In this document: positions 1 to 11,362 of the stretch, in pieces
Position numbering within the stretch: the stretch's first letter is position 1
Layout: every line of letters begins with the position of its first letter
From: Bryobacterales bacterium
GTDB taxonomy: Bacteria; Acidobacteriota; Terriglobia; Bryobacterales; UBA6623
Direction: 5' to 3'
DNA length: 64,000 bases
Assembly (NCBI GenBank): GCA_965248235.1
Contig: CBDFIU010000004.1
Coordinates: forward strand, 961,898 to 1,025,897
Notes under the pieces: model-generated
Told to the model about the DNA's origin: nothing
The model's database searches: none
The model's input: only the letters and a program-made list of their open reading frames with translations
Made by a program: the position numbers and the translations under genes

Positions 1-550
1 CGGCGAACTTGCCGTTGCCTTCGTTATGGAATAACCGGTCGTCGCCGAGCGCGGTGACGTAGAGATCGACGCGGCCGTCATTGTCGTAGTCGCCCGGCGC
101 GGCGCCGAGTCCGTAGAACTCGACCGCGAGCCCGGATTCCGCCGTGGCGTCGGTGAATGTCCCGTCGCCGTTGTTGCGATAGAGCATCGACGTGGGCTTC
201 TCGGTCGGGTCGGCGTCCCAGGGTTTACTGTTGACGAAAAAGATGTCGGGGTCTCCGTCGGAGTTGTAGTCGAGGAACGCGCACCCGGAACCGAGGGTTT
301 CGGGCAGATACTTCTTGCCCGATCGCCCGTGATGGTGCTCGAAGCGAATCCCCGCCGAGGCCGTGACGTCGGTGAAGATCACGTCGACTTCGGCGCTGGG
401 GCCGACGCCGCCCGAGTTGTCGCCGTCACCCGAGCCGCACGCAACCATGAGCAAGCAAGCCGCCGGCAAGATCGCGCAACCGCGCCCGCGCAAACCAGAG
501 AGCCTAAACGATGAGTAGAACAACGGCCAAGACCGCAACACCTCGCGCAT
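1..550 (-). CDS. CRTAC1/ASPIC-UnbV family FG-GAP repeat lipoprotein (runs off window edge)
   Basis: Manual translation from ATG 550: MREV...LMVAC lipobox, FTDVTASAGIRFEH, KKYLPETLGSGCAFLDYNSDGDPDIFFVN, GDYDNDGRVDLYVT, LFHNEGNGKF. Confidence 0.85.
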   Translation of the reverse strand, partial: MREVLRSWPLFYSSFRLSGLRGRGCAILPAACLLMVACGSGDGDNSGGVGPSAEVDVIFTDVTASAGIRFEHHHGRSGKKYLPETLGSGCAFLDYNSDGDPDIFFVNSKPWDADPTEKPTSMLYRNNGDGTFTDATAESGLAVEFYGLGAAPGDYDNDGRVDLYVTALGDDRLFHNEGNGKFA

Positions 551-751
551 GTCTCTATTCTTACCGATCGCGGAAGGACGTGACGTATCAGTGCCCACGA
601 AAACGAATGCGCGAGACTGCCTCGGGAACAAGAGACAGAGCCCCGAGCGCAAGCGACGGGCCAACAGCAAGGGCCAGCCACGAGCTGTCGGCCCCCAAGT
701 GCGGGGCGTTTCAAGTGCCTCGAAACGACCGGTTCGGAGTACAATAAGGCC

Positions 752-3298
752 GTGATGCACTCCGGGGATCTACGCAGCCGGGCCGGCCTTCTGCTGACAG
801 CGGTCCTGCTCGCCGTTGTTCAAGTTATTCCGACAGTAGCGATCGCCGCCGAGCCCGACAGCTCCTTATTCGACCGCGACATCCAACCCATCCTGGCGTC
901 GCGCTGCATGCCTTGTCATAGCGACAAGGTCAAGATGAGCGGCCTGGCGCTGACCAGCCGCGAAGCCGCGCTTACCGGCGGTTCACGCGGCCCGGCCATC
1001 GTCCCCGGCGAGCCGGACCAAAGCTTGATTGTGCAAGCTCTTCGCCGCTCTCACGATTTGCAAATGCCCCCCGGCGGACCCCTTGAGCCCGAGCAAGTCG
1101 AGCTTTTCGCCGACTGGGTCCGCCAAGATGCCGTTTGGGCAACCACGACTGAGGCGGCGGGCGACAAAACCGGCCATTGGTCTTTTCGCCCGGTTCGCAA
1201 ACCCAACCCTCCCGCGGTTCGGCAAACAGCCTGGGTGCGCAATGGCATAGATCGATTCGTTCTAGCGCGGCTCGAAAGCGAGCGGATAACTCCCTCCGCC
1301 GAAGCGGATCGCCTAACTCTGATTCGTCGACTCAGCCTCGACATCACCGGTTTCCCCCCCAGCCCCAAGGAAACGGCTGCCTTTGTCGAAGATGCCCGCC
1401 CGGACGCCTATGGGCGACTCGTCGACCGCCTGCTTGCGTCGCCGCATTACGGGGAACGTTGGGGACGCCACTGGCTCGACGCCGCCCGTTACGCCGACTC
1501 CGACGGCTACAACATTGACGGGCCGCGCTTGATTTGGATGTACCGCGATTGGGTGATCAACGCTCTGAACACCGACATGCCGTTCGATCAGTTCGCGATC
1601 GAGCAGATCGCCGGCGACATGCTCCCCAACGCCACGAAAGAGCAGATCGTCGCGACCGGTTTTCACCGCAACACCTTGCTCAACCTCGAAGGCGGAATCG
1701 ATTTCGAGCAGTATCGCGTGGAAGCCGTGGTCGATCGCCTCAACACCACCGGGGCCGTCTTCCTAGGCCTCACGGTGGGCTGCGCCCGCTGCCACGATCA
1801 CAAGTTCGACCCGATTACACAGCGAGAGTTCTACCGCCTGTTTTCGTTTTTCAACAACGTGGATGAACTGAGTGGTGCCTATAAGAGCGAGGCAGGTCGG
1901 CAACGCGCCTACGAACCCATCTTAGAGTTTGCATCGCCGGAAGAGATCGCGGCCCGCGACGCCAATCGCCATCAAGTCGATCTACTCGAAAAAGACCTGG
2001 ACGACTACCGAGCCGCGACCGAGCAGCGCCACAAGGAATGGCGGGCGGGCCTTGCGGAGCCGGAACGTACGAAGATCCCAACGCACATTCTCGAAATCTT
2101 CGCAAGGCCGCGGTCGGATCGAAACTACGTCGATCAGATGGTCGTCAAGACTTACTTGTCGGAATGGGATTCCGGGTATGCCTCCCGCTTGAGAGGCCTG
2201 GTTGCCGTCAAAGAGGCCGCCCCGAAAATCAAGAGCACTTTGGTGATGCGCGAGTTGCCGTCCCCGCGCGAGGCCTATATCCACATCAACGGCGACTTCC
2301 TCAGAAAAGGCGATACCGTGCAGCCCGGCACTCCCGCCGTGCTGCCTCCTATGCCGTCAAGCGAGAGCATCACCCGTTTGGACCTCGCCCGCTGGCTGGT
2401 CGACGAAACGAACCCGCTGACCCCGCGCGTCACCGTCAATCGAATTTGGCAACGCTACTTCGGAATCGGAATCGTCGAAACCGAGAACGATTTCGGCACC
2501 CAAGGCACGCTCCCGTCGCATCCCGAATTGCTCGACTGGCTGGCGTCCGAATTTGTAGGCAAGGGCTGGAGCCTAAAGCAAGTGCATCGACTGATTGTCA
2601 CCTCGGCGACCTATCGGCAAGCGTCGCATCATCGGGCCGAGCTGAGTACTCGCGACCCGCGCAATCGCCTGCTCGCTCGCCAGAGCCGCGTTCGACTCGA
2701 GGCCGAGATTATCCGCGATTCCGGTTTGGCGGTATCGGGCCTGCTGGCACGGGAACTCGGCGGCCCGAGCGTCTTTCCTCCGCAACCCGCCGGCGTCGGT
2801 CAACAGACCCAAGTGGACCGCCAATGGCAAGCCGACAAGGGTACGAACCGCTACCGGCGCGGCCTGTACACCCATTTCTGGCGCGCCGCCCCGCACCCGG
2901 GACTGGTCCTATTCGACGCCCCCGATTCGACGATGACCTGCACTCGACGCAACCGATCCAACACGCCGCTGCAGGCGCTCACGCTGCTCAACGACGAGGC
3001 CTTCGGTGAAATGGCCAGGGCGCTGGCCGCCCGCGTCCTTCGCGAAGCCGACACGCTGCCCGAGCGCGTTCGCCGAGCCTACCAGCTCACGCTCGCCCGC
3101 GAACCCGACGGAGACGAAACGGAATACCTCCAAGGCTTTGTTACCGACATGGTCGAGGATTTCGGGAACAACGCCCGTGATGCGGCGGAGTTTTCTCGGT
3201 CCGACGAAACACTCGATGATGACGTTGCGCTGTTGGCCGCTTGGACCGCCGCCGGCCGCGTCTTGATGAACTTAGATGAGTTCATCACAAGGGAGTAG
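752..3298 (+). CDS. PSD1/DUF1553-DUF1549 protein with planctomycete cytochrome c domain
   Basis: Signal peptide, CMPCH and CARCHDHKFDP haem motifs, YGERWGRHWLD, HPELLDWLA, TPLQALTLLN. Confidence 0.9.
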   Translation: MMHSGDLRSRAGLLLTAVLLAVVQVIPTVAIAAEPDSSLFDRDIQPILASRCMPCHSDKVKMSGLALTSREAALTGGSRGPAIVPGEPDQSLIVQALRRSHDLQMPPGGPLEPEQVELFADWVRQDAVWATTTEAAGDKTGHWSFRPVRKPNPPAVRQTAWVRNGIDRFVLARLESERITPSAEADRLTLIRRLSLDITGFPPSPKETAAFVEDARPDAYGRLVDRLLASPHYGERWGRHWLDAARYADSDGYNIDGPRLIWMYRDWVINALNTDMPFDQFAIEQIAGDMLPNATKEQIVATGFHRNTLLNLEGGIDFEQYRVEAVVDRLNTTGAVFLGLTVGCARCHDHKFDPITQREFYRLFSFFNNVDELSGAYKSEAGRQRAYEPILEFASPEEIAARDANRHQVDLLEKDLDDYRAATEQRHKEWRAGLAEPERTKIPTHILEIFARPRSDRNYVDQMVVKTYLSEWDSGYASRLRGLVAVKEAAPKIKSTLVMRELPSPREAYIHINGDFLRKGDTVQPGTPAVLPPMPSSESITRLDLARWLVDETNPLTPRVTVNRIWQRYFGIGIVETENDFGTQGTLPSHPELLDWLASEFVGKGWSLKQVHRLIVTSATYRQASHHRAELSTRDPRNRLLARQSRVRLEAEIIRDSGLAVSGLLARELGGPSVFPPQPAGVGQQTQVDRQWQADKGTNRYRRGLYTHFWRAAPHPGLVLFDAPDSTMTCTRRNRSNTPLQALTLLNDEAFGEMARALAARVLREADTLPERVRRAYQLTLAREPDGDETEYLQGFVTDMVEDFGNNARDAAEFSRSDETLDDDVALLAAWTAAGRVLMNLDEFITRE

Positions 3299-3322
3299 GC
3301 CCGCAAGAAGGAATAGCCGGAG

Positions 3323-4798
3323 ATGCGACCCATGGACCTTGACAAGAAACTGTCCGCTGAACGCACGCGCCGCCACTTCTTCCAAGATTGCGGCCTGGGT
3401 GTCGGCAAAGCCGCGCTGGCCTCGTTGGCGTTGAAAGACGGACTCTCGGCGGCGAGCGAAACCGCCGATTTGAGCGCGGCCGTGAGCCCCATGGCCGCGA
3501 AAGACCCGCACTACGCGCCCAAGGCCAAGAGCGTCATCTACCTCTTTATGGCCGGCGGCCCCAGCCAATTCGAACTCTTCCAACCCAAGCCGAAACTACA
3601 GGAATACAGCGGTCAGGTGATCCCGGATTCGTTTCTCGAAGGCAAACGCTTCGCCTTCATGGAAAGCTTCCAAGACGCGCCGCCGAAGCTTCTTGGGACG
3701 AGGCGAAAGTTCCAACAGCACGGGCAGTCGGGAGCCTGGGTTTCCGAGTGCCTGCCGCACACCGCGCAGGTGGTCGACGATCTCGCTTTCGTCCGATCGG
3801 TCTGGACGGAAAACTTCAACCACGCCCCGGCCAAGATCATGATGAATACCGGGTCGCCGATCTTCGGACGGCCCAGCATGGGATCGTGGGTCACCTACGG
3901 CATCGGCAGTGAGTCGGAGGACTTGCCCGGATTCGTCGTATTGCAATCAGGGCCCAGGGGGCCGCGCGGGGGAGCGCTCAATTGGTCGAGCGGCTTCCTG
4001 CCGACTGCCCATCAAGGCGTCCCCTTCCAGAGCGGCGGCGACCCGATCTTGAACTTGTCGAACCCGCCCGGCATGAACGCAGCCCGGCAGCAGCGCAGCA
4101 TCGACGCCATTCGTGAGCTGAATCGCCAACGGCTCGACAAGACGCGCGACCCTGAAATCGCCACGCGCATCGCGTCTTATGAGATGGCGTTTCGGATGCA
4201 GACGAGCGGACCGGAGTTGATCGACGTCGCAAGCGAGTCGAAGGAAACGCTCGATATGTACGGTGCCGAGCCCGGCGCCAAATCGTTCGCGAACAATTGC
4301 TTGTTGGCGCGAAGGTTGGTCGAGCGCGGAACGCGGTTCGTTCAGCTCTATCACACCAACTGGGACCACCACGGCGGCCAAACCGAAAACCTCAACCAAT
4401 CTCTCGACGACGTTTGCCTCGAAACCGACCGGGCCTGCGCGGCGTTGATCAAAGACCTCAAGCAACGCGGTTTATTCGAGGACACACTCGTCGTTTGGGG
4501 CGGCGAGTTCGGACGCACGCCGATGGGCGAGATCCGCGACACGGTCGGCCGCAACCATCACATCGACGCCTTCACAATGTGGCTTGCCGGAGCCGGCATC
4601 AAGCCGGGCCAGACCGTCGGCGAGACCGACGAGTTGGGCTTTGAAACGATCCGTGACAAAGTCCATGTGCACGACTTACAAGCGACGGTGCTTCATCTGC
4701 TGGGCCTCGATCACACCGCGCTGACCTTCCGCTTCCGAGGCCGCGACTTCCGCCTAACCGACGTCGGCGGCGAAGTCGTGAACAAACTGCTCGCCTGA
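3323..4798 (+). CDS. DUF1501 domain protein (Tat signal)
   Basis: TRRHFF, AKSVIYLFMAGGPSQ, CLLARRLVERG, WGGEFGRTP; usual partner of the upstream gene. Confidence 0.9.
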   Translation: MRPMDLDKKLSAERTRRHFFQDCGLGVGKAALASLALKDGLSAASETADLSAAVSPMAAKDPHYAPKAKSVIYLFMAGGPSQFELFQPKPKLQEYSGQVIPDSFLEGKRFAFMESFQDAPPKLLGTRRKFQQHGQSGAWVSECLPHTAQVVDDLAFVRSVWTENFNHAPAKIMMNTGSPIFGRPSMGSWVTYGIGSESEDLPGFVVLQSGPRGPRGGALNWSSGFLPTAHQGVPFQSGGDPILNLSNPPGMNAARQQRSIDAIRELNRQRLDKTRDPEIATRIASYEMAFRMQTSGPELIDVASESKETLDMYGAEPGAKSFANNCLLARRLVERGTRFVQLYHTNWDHHGGQTENLNQSLDDVCLETDRACAALIKDLKQRGLFEDTLVVWGGEFGRTPMGEIRDTVGRNHHIDAFTMWLAGAGIKPGQTVGETDELGFETIRDKVHVHDLQATVLHLLGLDHTALTFRFRGRDFRLTDVGGEVVNKLLA

Positions 4799-4921
4799 CC
4801 GCAAGTTCGATGGGCCGAGGCTCTCCAAACCGATCCGCGAGCAGTGCTACAGTGGCCTCGCAATAGAAGCGGCTTCGCGCCCCCCCAGCCGAGCGCCCGA
4901 CTCGCCCGCCAAGGAGAAACC

Positions 4922-6178
4922 ATGAACCACACCAAAGACAGCGGCATGGAACGCAGATCCATCTTAACCGGCACCGCCACGGCCCTCGGCGTCGGCTCGC
5001 TCGCGGCCGGGGCGCAATCAGCCGTCGCGGCGGCGGTATCTTCGGCGCAGGCGGCCGTCGCGTCCAACGACGATTTGAAAATCACCAAGCTCGAGATGTT
5101 CTTGGTAAAACCGCGTTGGCTTTTCTTGCGCATGCACACCAACGCCGGCATTACCGGACTCGGCGAGCCCATCCTCGAAGGCCGCGCGCTCACCTGCAAA
5201 CAAGCCGTCGAAGAGATGGAGGGATATCTGATCGGCAAAGATCCGCGCCAAGTCATGCACCATTGGCAAGCGCTCTATCGCCACTCCTTCTATCGCGGCG
5301 GGCCGCTGCTGACCAGCGCACTGAGCGGCGTCGAACAGGCGATGTGGGATATCACGGGGAAATCCTACGGGGTTCCCGTCTATCGCTTGCTCGGCGGGCC
5401 CACCCGCGACCGAGTACGGCTCTACCGCGGCGGCACCACGCCTGACGCGATCCGGGATCACATCCGGCGGGGCTTCACTGCATTCAAGGTCGGCGTGGGA
5501 GGCGGGCGCTCTCCGCGCATCGTCGAGAACAAAGCCTTCGTCGGGCAAATCGCCGACGACTTTCGACTGCTGCGCGAAGCCGGCGGCGACGAAGTGGACA
5601 TCGGCATCGACTTTCACGGGAAGGTAAGCCCGCAAACGGCGAAGCTGCTGATCAAGGCGCTCGAGCCTTATCAACCGATGTTCATCGAAGAGCCGGTGAA
5701 CTGCCAGAACCACGACATCATGGCCGAGATCGCCCGCGGGACCCACTTACCGATCGCCACCGGTGAGCGAGTATTCACGAAGTGGGGTTTCCGGGAGGTA
5801 CTCGAGAAAGGCGCGGCGAGTATCCTGCAACCCGACCTATGTCACGCCGGCGGGATCATGGAGACGCGTCTGATCGCGGGCATGGCCGAGGCCTACTACG
5901 GAGCCGTCGCCCCGCACAATCCCTTGGGCCCCATCGCCACCGCGGCGTGCGTCCATCTCGATGCAACGATTCCGAATTTCATGTGCCAGGAATTTCGCTC
6001 GCTCGGAGAAGGTTATCTCAAAGAACCGCTGACGTTTCGCGACGGCTACGTCGACCTACCGACCAAACCCGGACTAGGCATCGAACTCGACGAAAACGCC
6101 CTGGCCGACAAGATCGATCACGACTGGCGCAACCCCGAACCCTATTACGACGACGACGGATCCGTAGCCGATTGGTAG
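4922..6178 (+). CDS. dgoD: galactonate dehydratase-like enolase-superfamily enzyme with Tat-like leader
   Basis: PRWLFL, GEPILEGRA, FYRGGP, DFHG, FIEEP, TGER, QPDLCHAGG, APHNPLGP; AGGAG SD before ATG 4922. Confidence 0.8.
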   Translation: MNHTKDSGMERRSILTGTATALGVGSLAAGAQSAVAAAVSSAQAAVASNDDLKITKLEMFLVKPRWLFLRMHTNAGITGLGEPILEGRALTCKQAVEEMEGYLIGKDPRQVMHHWQALYRHSFYRGGPLLTSALSGVEQAMWDITGKSYGVPVYRLLGGPTRDRVRLYRGGTTPDAIRDHIRRGFTAFKVGVGGGRSPRIVENKAFVGQIADDFRLLREAGGDEVDIGIDFHGKVSPQTAKLLIKALEPYQPMFIEEPVNCQNHDIMAEIARGTHLPIATGERVFTKWGFREVLEKGAASILQPDLCHAGGIMETRLIAGMAEAYYGAVAPHNPLGPIATAACVHLDATIPNFMCQEFRSLGEGYLKEPLTFRDGYVDLPTKPGLGIELDENALADKIDHDWRNPEPYYDDDGSVADW

Positions 6179-6257
6179 AGTACAGCCAAAGCCGAACCGT
6201 GCAACTCGGGCACGGAGGCCGGCGCTGGATGGGCAGTTAGTCCCAGCTCGTCCTCAG

Positions 6258-7230
6258 CTAGCGCAACCCCGGCACCGGCACCGTAGCTCGGTAGATGTAG
6301 CCGGTCACGCGTTCCATGTCGGAACTCGTCAAATACAACGTGTGGTTGTCTTTGCCGCGTCCGAAAACCGCATTGGTCAGGGCTTTTTGCTCGGTCGTGA
6401 TCGTGTCGCTGATCTTGCCGTCGGTTGTCACTCGGTAGGCCGTGCCGAAGCTGTAGCAGGTCAGCCAAATCGCGTCCTCGCGGTCCACCGCCATGCCGTC
6501 GGCAACGCAGTCGTTGATCGCCGCCCGCTCGGTCATCGCGCCGGCTGAGCCGTCCTCATTGAGCGCCCAGCCGACGATCTTCGAACTGTCCTTCGAAATG
6601 TTGTGCGAGACGTAGAGCGTCTTCTGATCGGCCCCGAGCACGATGCCGTTGGGCCCGGTGACGGCGTCGCTGAAGACCGCTGTCTTTCCCTCGGGCGTGG
6701 TGAAGTAGACCGTCCCGTTCGGGGAATCGCCGAAATATCCATTCGGCACGGTGAAATAGATCGTCCCGTTGCGGGCCGCGGCGATGTCATTGGGGCCGGT
6801 GCTGACCTCGGGCGGGCAGCACCTCGAAATCCGCGGCGACGGTCGTGACTTCCTTATTCGGATCGACTTTCAAGATCTTGCGCTCGAGAGTGGCGGTCAG
6901 GAAAATGTTGTCCGCTTCGTCGATCCACAGCCCGCCGGGGCCGGCCTCGGTCGCAACGGCCGCGTATTCGCCGCCGCCGCTCTCCTCGGTCCAAGCGACG
7001 ATGCCTTTGTACGTGCCGCGCGAGGTGAAATAGAGCGTCCCGGCGGAATCGGTCGCCGGGCCTTCGGTGTTTCCCCAACCGGCGTCGGAAGCGATTAGCT
7101 CCGCAGCCTGTGTTTTCGGCGCCGGCGCCTCCTCCTCGGCCGGAGCCGGCTGCGGTTCGCCGCCGCAACTAACACCAAGAACGGCGATAGCGGCGGCCGC
7201 GATCGTTAAGGGGGAAAGTCTAAACAGCAT
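6258..7230 (-). pseudogene. SMP-30/gluconolactonase family lipoprotein, frameshifted
   Basis: Lipobox LGVSC, TEGPA, GPNDIA..G.IYFT, PNGI, ADGMAVD; two ORFs joined by removing a duplicated GCCC near 6811-6818. Confidence 0.75.
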
Positions 7231-7369
7231 GGCGGGATCTCCAAACAGAATGCGGCTGAGCCAAAGGGCTCGCAACGAATACGTCGCTTTCAATACAGCC
7301 GCTTTGAACCCAACGGCCGGCCGAAAACGCGTCTCCGCAACTATAGCATTCCGTCGCCGGCGGTCCGGG

Positions 7370-8542
7370 TCACTTTTTCCGGCTTGCTCCGGCGTTTCTT
7401 GCCATCGCATTGTTGGCCAATGCGGTCTTGGCCAAGGTGGTCTTGGGATGGCCGGAGCCGAGCGTCTTTTCGAACACTTCCACCGAGCGCGCCAGCAATG
7501 GGCCCGCATCGGCGGCTCGTCCCATGTCTCGATAGAGCGAGGCCAGGTTGAAAAGCGTCGTCGCGGTCTCGGCGTGCTCGGCACCGACAAGTTTTTCCCA
7601 CAGACCGCGAGCGTTCGTAAGGCTTTGCTCCGCCTGCTTCAACTCTCGTTGTTGATGGTAGTGCTCTCCGAGATTGTTGAGTACCGTCGCGAACTCGCGC
7701 TGATTGGGTGTCGCCGCCTGCTCATGCATCTCGATCGAGCGTTGGAAAGTCCGTTCCGCCTCGGCGTAGTGAAGCCGCGCCGAGTAGGCCTTCGCCAGGT
7801 GTCCCAATGTCACTGCCCGGTCCGCCTCGGCACCCTCGATCTTTTCTCGAATCTCGAGCGCGCGTCGCAGAGGAGCCTCCGCTCGCCCTGCTTTCCCCGC
7901 CGCCAGATGGACTACGCCCAGATCGCTCCATACCCGCGCCGTCCGAGCATCTTCGGGGCCGAAACGCTTCTCGGACAGTTCGGCTGATTTGCGCAACAGC
8001 TTCCGCGCCTGCTCGTAGTGGCCGTCAATAAAATACGCCAGAGCCAGATGACTGATCGCGGGAATCATCTCCGTGCCCTCGTTCGCCTCCACGATCATCA
8101 CCAACTGATCAAAGGCCGCCTCGGCCTCCTCGATCCGACCTTCCGTGCGGTAGAACTCACCCAGATTGAAATAGCCTTTGCCGATCGCCGGGGCCGTCGG
8201 CCCCAGCCGCTCCTGGAGAATCCCCAGAGCCTTTTTGAACAATGGCTCGGCGGCCTCGCCATTCCCTTGCAACTGATAGAGCAACGCCAGCGCATTGAGG
8301 CAGGCCGCGACGCGCGGATCGTCGGTACCGAAACGCTCGGCCTCCTTGAGCGCCTTGACCAACGTGTCTTCGGCTTCAAGAAATTTCTGCTGCTCGGAGA
8401 GGGCACGCCCCTCCCGCAGCAACTGCCGCCAGTTATTGTCGGGTTCGAGGAATTGAGCCCCGGCGGCGGCCAGCAGAGCGGCCTGCAGTACGACGATACG
8501 CACCGCCAACATCGGCTTGCCGCTTCGAGTGTGAGGTCTCAT
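7370..8542 (-). CDS. exported tetratricopeptide repeat protein (TPR_12-like)
   Basis: Repeated LNNLG..Y...G...EAE.L..RAL.I.EK units; signal peptide; start may be 8512. Confidence 0.85.
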   Translation of the reverse strand: MRPHTRSGKPMLAVRIVVLQAALLAAAGAQFLEPDNNWRQLLREGRALSEQQKFLEAEDTLVKALKEAERFGTDDPRVAACLNALALLYQLQGNGEAAEPLFKKALGILQERLGPTAPAIGKGYFNLGEFYRTEGRIEEAEAAFDQLVMIVEANEGTEMIPAISHLALAYFIDGHYEQARKLLRKSAELSEKRFGPEDARTARVWSDLGVVHLAAGKAGRAEAPLRRALEIREKIEGAEADRAVTLGHLAKAYSARLHYAEAERTFQRSIEMHEQAATPNQREFATVLNNLGEHYHQQRELKQAEQSLTNARGLWEKLVGAEHAETATTLFNLASLYRDMGRAADAGPLLARSVEVFEKTLGSGHPKTTLAKTALANNAMARNAGASRKK

Positions 8543-8639
8543 CGTTTCGAAGACAATACAACCATCAAGTTCCCGCCTTCGCTTCGCGGCTCAGCGGCGC
8601 CGCTTCGGAGAATCGCACCTCCGTCAGTCGCCCCAGAAT

Positions 8640-10010
8640 CTACGCCGACGGCGGACTGTCGACCACCACTTCCTTATTCGGGTCGAAATAGAGCACCTTG
8701 CCCTCTCGATAGCTTTGCACCGCCATCGAGATCGTCACTTGCGCCCGATACCCCGTATCGGCATCGAGGCGCGGTTTCTCGCGAGTCCGGACGCATTCGA
8801 GGAAATTCGCCATGTGGGCGTCTCGTCCGCGATCCTCGACAGGAATGTCCACCGCGGCGTAGCCGTATTTGTCGATGAACTCGTCGCGATAGATCTTTTC
8901 GGCGCTGACATTGATGTGGTCCGTGTATCCCTCGAACTGTCCGTGTTCGACCATCACGATGGTTCCCTTCTGTCCCCGAATCAGTCCGGGAATATGGGTC
9001 GAGTTGGCCATCGAAGAACTCAGCACCAGCGAGTGCCCTTTCGCGAAATCGGCCAATAAGTTGAACGTGTCGGGCACCTCGCGATCGGGAAAGGCATAGA
9101 TGCCCCCCGATGCCATCACACGATAGGGAAACTGCGCCTCGCCCCAGCAAATTTGCAACGGGGCTACTACGTGATAGAAAAGATCGGTCGCGACGCCGCC
9201 CGAGTAGTCCCAGAATTTGCGAAATCGGAAATAGCGTTGGGGATCGAAATCCCGCTCTTGCGCCGACCCCAGCCAGGTCTTCCAATCGATGTAGTTGACG
9301 CCCTTGCCGTCTGGGCCGGCATCGGGGTCGATCACCCAATTACGATTGCCGCGATCCGGCGTAGTGTTCCATTCGCCCGCCAGCGAATTGCGATGGTAAG
9401 AACCCTGGCTCGATATCAGCTTGCCGATCATGCCGTCTTGGATGGCCTTGCGCGCCTTCCACCATTGGTCGCTCGATGTCGTTTGCGAGCCGACTTGCAG
9501 CACTCGTCCGCTTTCTCGAACCTTCGCCACGACTTGCTTGGCTTCCTCGATCGTATGCGTCATCGGCTTTTCGAGATAGACGTCCTTGCCGGCTTCCATC
9601 GCCGCCAGCGCGATCGGAGCATGCCAATGGTCCGGGGTGGCTACGATGACGGCGTCGATATCGGGTCGTGCCAAAACTTCGCGGTAGTCCAGCGTCGCGA
9701 ACTCGGCCTTGGTCGCCTCTTGCGCCAGTTGTTTGCGCTTTTCGTAGACATCGCAAACCGCGGCGATTTTGACGTCCCCGCGCCGGTCGGTCATATCGAG
9801 CACCAACTTCATCAAGCTCGTGCCGCGCCCGCCGACGCCGATCAGCGCGACGTTGACGCGGTCGTTAGACGCTGTCGGTTGATCCGATGCCTGCGCTGAG
9901 GATTGTGCCGGTGGAGCGGCCGCGGCTGTCGCGGCAAGACCCGCGAATGCACCGGCGCCCACGGCCCCCTTGACGAAGTCTCTGCGATGAACGCCGCGTG
10001 TTTTCGACAT
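8640..10010 (-). CDS. Gfo/Idh/MocA oxidoreductase with Tat signal
   Basis: HRRDFVK, IGVGGRG, ATPDHWH, YLEKPM. Confidence 0.9.
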   Translation of the reverse strand: MSKTRGVHRRDFVKGAVGAGAFAGLAATAAAAPPAQSSAQASDQPTASNDRVNVALIGVGGRGTSLMKLVLDMTDRRGDVKIAAVCDVYEKRKQLAQEATKAEFATLDYREVLARPDIDAVIVATPDHWHAPIALAAMEAGKDVYLEKPMTHTIEEAKQVVAKVRESGRVLQVGSQTTSSDQWWKARKAIQDGMIGKLISSQGSYHRNSLAGEWNTTPDRGNRNWVIDPDAGPDGKGVNYIDWKTWLGSAQERDFDPQRYFRFRKFWDYSGGVATDLFYHVVAPLQICWGEAQFPYRVMASGGIYAFPDREVPDTFNLLADFAKGHSLVLSSSMANSTHIPGLIRGQKGTIVMVEHGQFEGYTDHINVSAEKIYRDEFIDKYGYAAVDIPVEDRGRDAHMANFLECVRTREKPRLDADTGYRAQVTISMAVQSYREGKVLYFDPNKEVVVDSPPSA

Positions 10011-10228
10011 GTCTTGCCTCCTAGAGTACTGGCTGATTATAGGCGACCCGGGTCGCGGCAACCAAGCTTCGGAGCTCGCTGGAGGGAATAAAGTCTCGGC
10101 ACGCAAAACCGGCGCTTAGGATCGGAGGTCCAAGGCGCGGTTTTGGTCTCCTCGTGGTGAAGAGCTTTCTCGAATGAAGCGGGCGGGCCTATCGTGTGTT
10201 TTGCCCGTCAGGCGATGAGAAATTCGGT

Positions 10229-11248
10229 CTAACGCCTCTTCAGCGTCGGGCGATCGTCTTCATCCCCGGCATCGGCGTCGGAGTCCACGTCGCCCTCTTC
10301 CACCGGCACGGTACCGCCGGAAGGTGCGCGCCGCAGCTTCGGACGATTCGGATCTTCTCGCGCTTCCTTGCCGCGGCGAGTCAGAGCCGTCAGGCGCTCT
10401 TTCACGTCCAAAAACTCCGACGTGCTCACGACGTACTCTCTCTTGTTCGGAAGCAACTCGTCGATCGTCTTTTGGGTTTTGACGATGCGGTCGCCATGCG
10501 GTGGATGACTCGAGAAAAGCTTCGCCATCGTTCCGGGCTTACGTTTCTCGTCGGCCTGCATCTTCTCGAAGAAATCGACGAAGGCCGTCGGGTCATATCC
10601 GGACTTGTAGAGATACTGCAACCCAAGGAGATCGGCTTCGGTTTCAAACTTGCGCGAGAAGCGCAAGAAACCGATCGGAATCGCAAAGCCCGCCGCTTGG
10701 CGGATACCGTACCCTGTCCAACCGCCCATGAAAATCAGCGGGATGGTCGCGAGGTTGATCACTTGCCCGCGCGTGGCTTGACGCGTGCCGTGACGGGCGG
10801 CGACATGAGCGATTTCATGCGCCATCACGCCGGCCAACTCCGACTCGCTCTCGGCTCGCAACATCAACCCCGAGTTGACGAAGAAAAATCCCCCCGGCAA
10901 GGTGAAGGCATTAACTTGTTGGCTGTCGATCAACTTGATGGTGAAAGGCACCTTGGCGTCGGAATTCCGCACCAGGTTTTGCCCCACCCGATTGACGTAT
11001 TCGGCGACGACAGGATCGTCGACGATCTTGGAATGGCGCTCGATCTGCTGAGCCATTCGCTTGCCGAGCGCGATCTCCTTCTCGATGGAGTAGAAGTTCA
11101 TGCCCTTGCCGACATCGCGATCGCCGATCGCTTCGACGTCTTGTCGCTTGTTCTTGGGCTTCTTCTTCGATCCGTCGTTCTTCGGCGCCGCCGTCAGCGA
11201 AGTCGCCAACACCAGCACCAGAAAAGTCGCTGCGGTCCGCACAGTCAT
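10229..11248 (-). CDS. M48 family metallopeptidase
   Basis: VNAFTLPGG, AGVMAHEIAH (HExxH), E.EAD..G, SHP. Confidence 0.9.
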   Translation of the reverse strand: MTVRTAATFLVLVLATSLTAAPKNDGSKKKPKNKRQDVEAIGDRDVGKGMNFYSIEKEIALGKRMAQQIERHSKIVDDPVVAEYVNRVGQNLVRNSDAKVPFTIKLIDSQQVNAFTLPGGFFFVNSGLMLRAESESELAGVMAHEIAHVAARHGTRQATRGQVINLATIPLIFMGGWTGYGIRQAAGFAIPIGFLRFSRKFETEADLLGLQYLYKSGYDPTAFVDFFEKMQADEKRKPGTMAKLFSSHPPHGDRIVKTQKTIDELLPNKREYVVSTSEFLDVKERLTALTRRGKEAREDPNRPKLRRAPSGGTVPVEEGDVDSDADAGDEDDRPTLKRR

Positions 11249-11362
11249 CGAGAGCCTCCGATTCCCCTTATCAAGCATAGAAAACGGCCACTATGAGTAT
11301 ACTCCGTCCGCCCAAATCGAAAAACGTTTTTCCTGCCGCCTCCGGTACTATTAGTTACCGCC

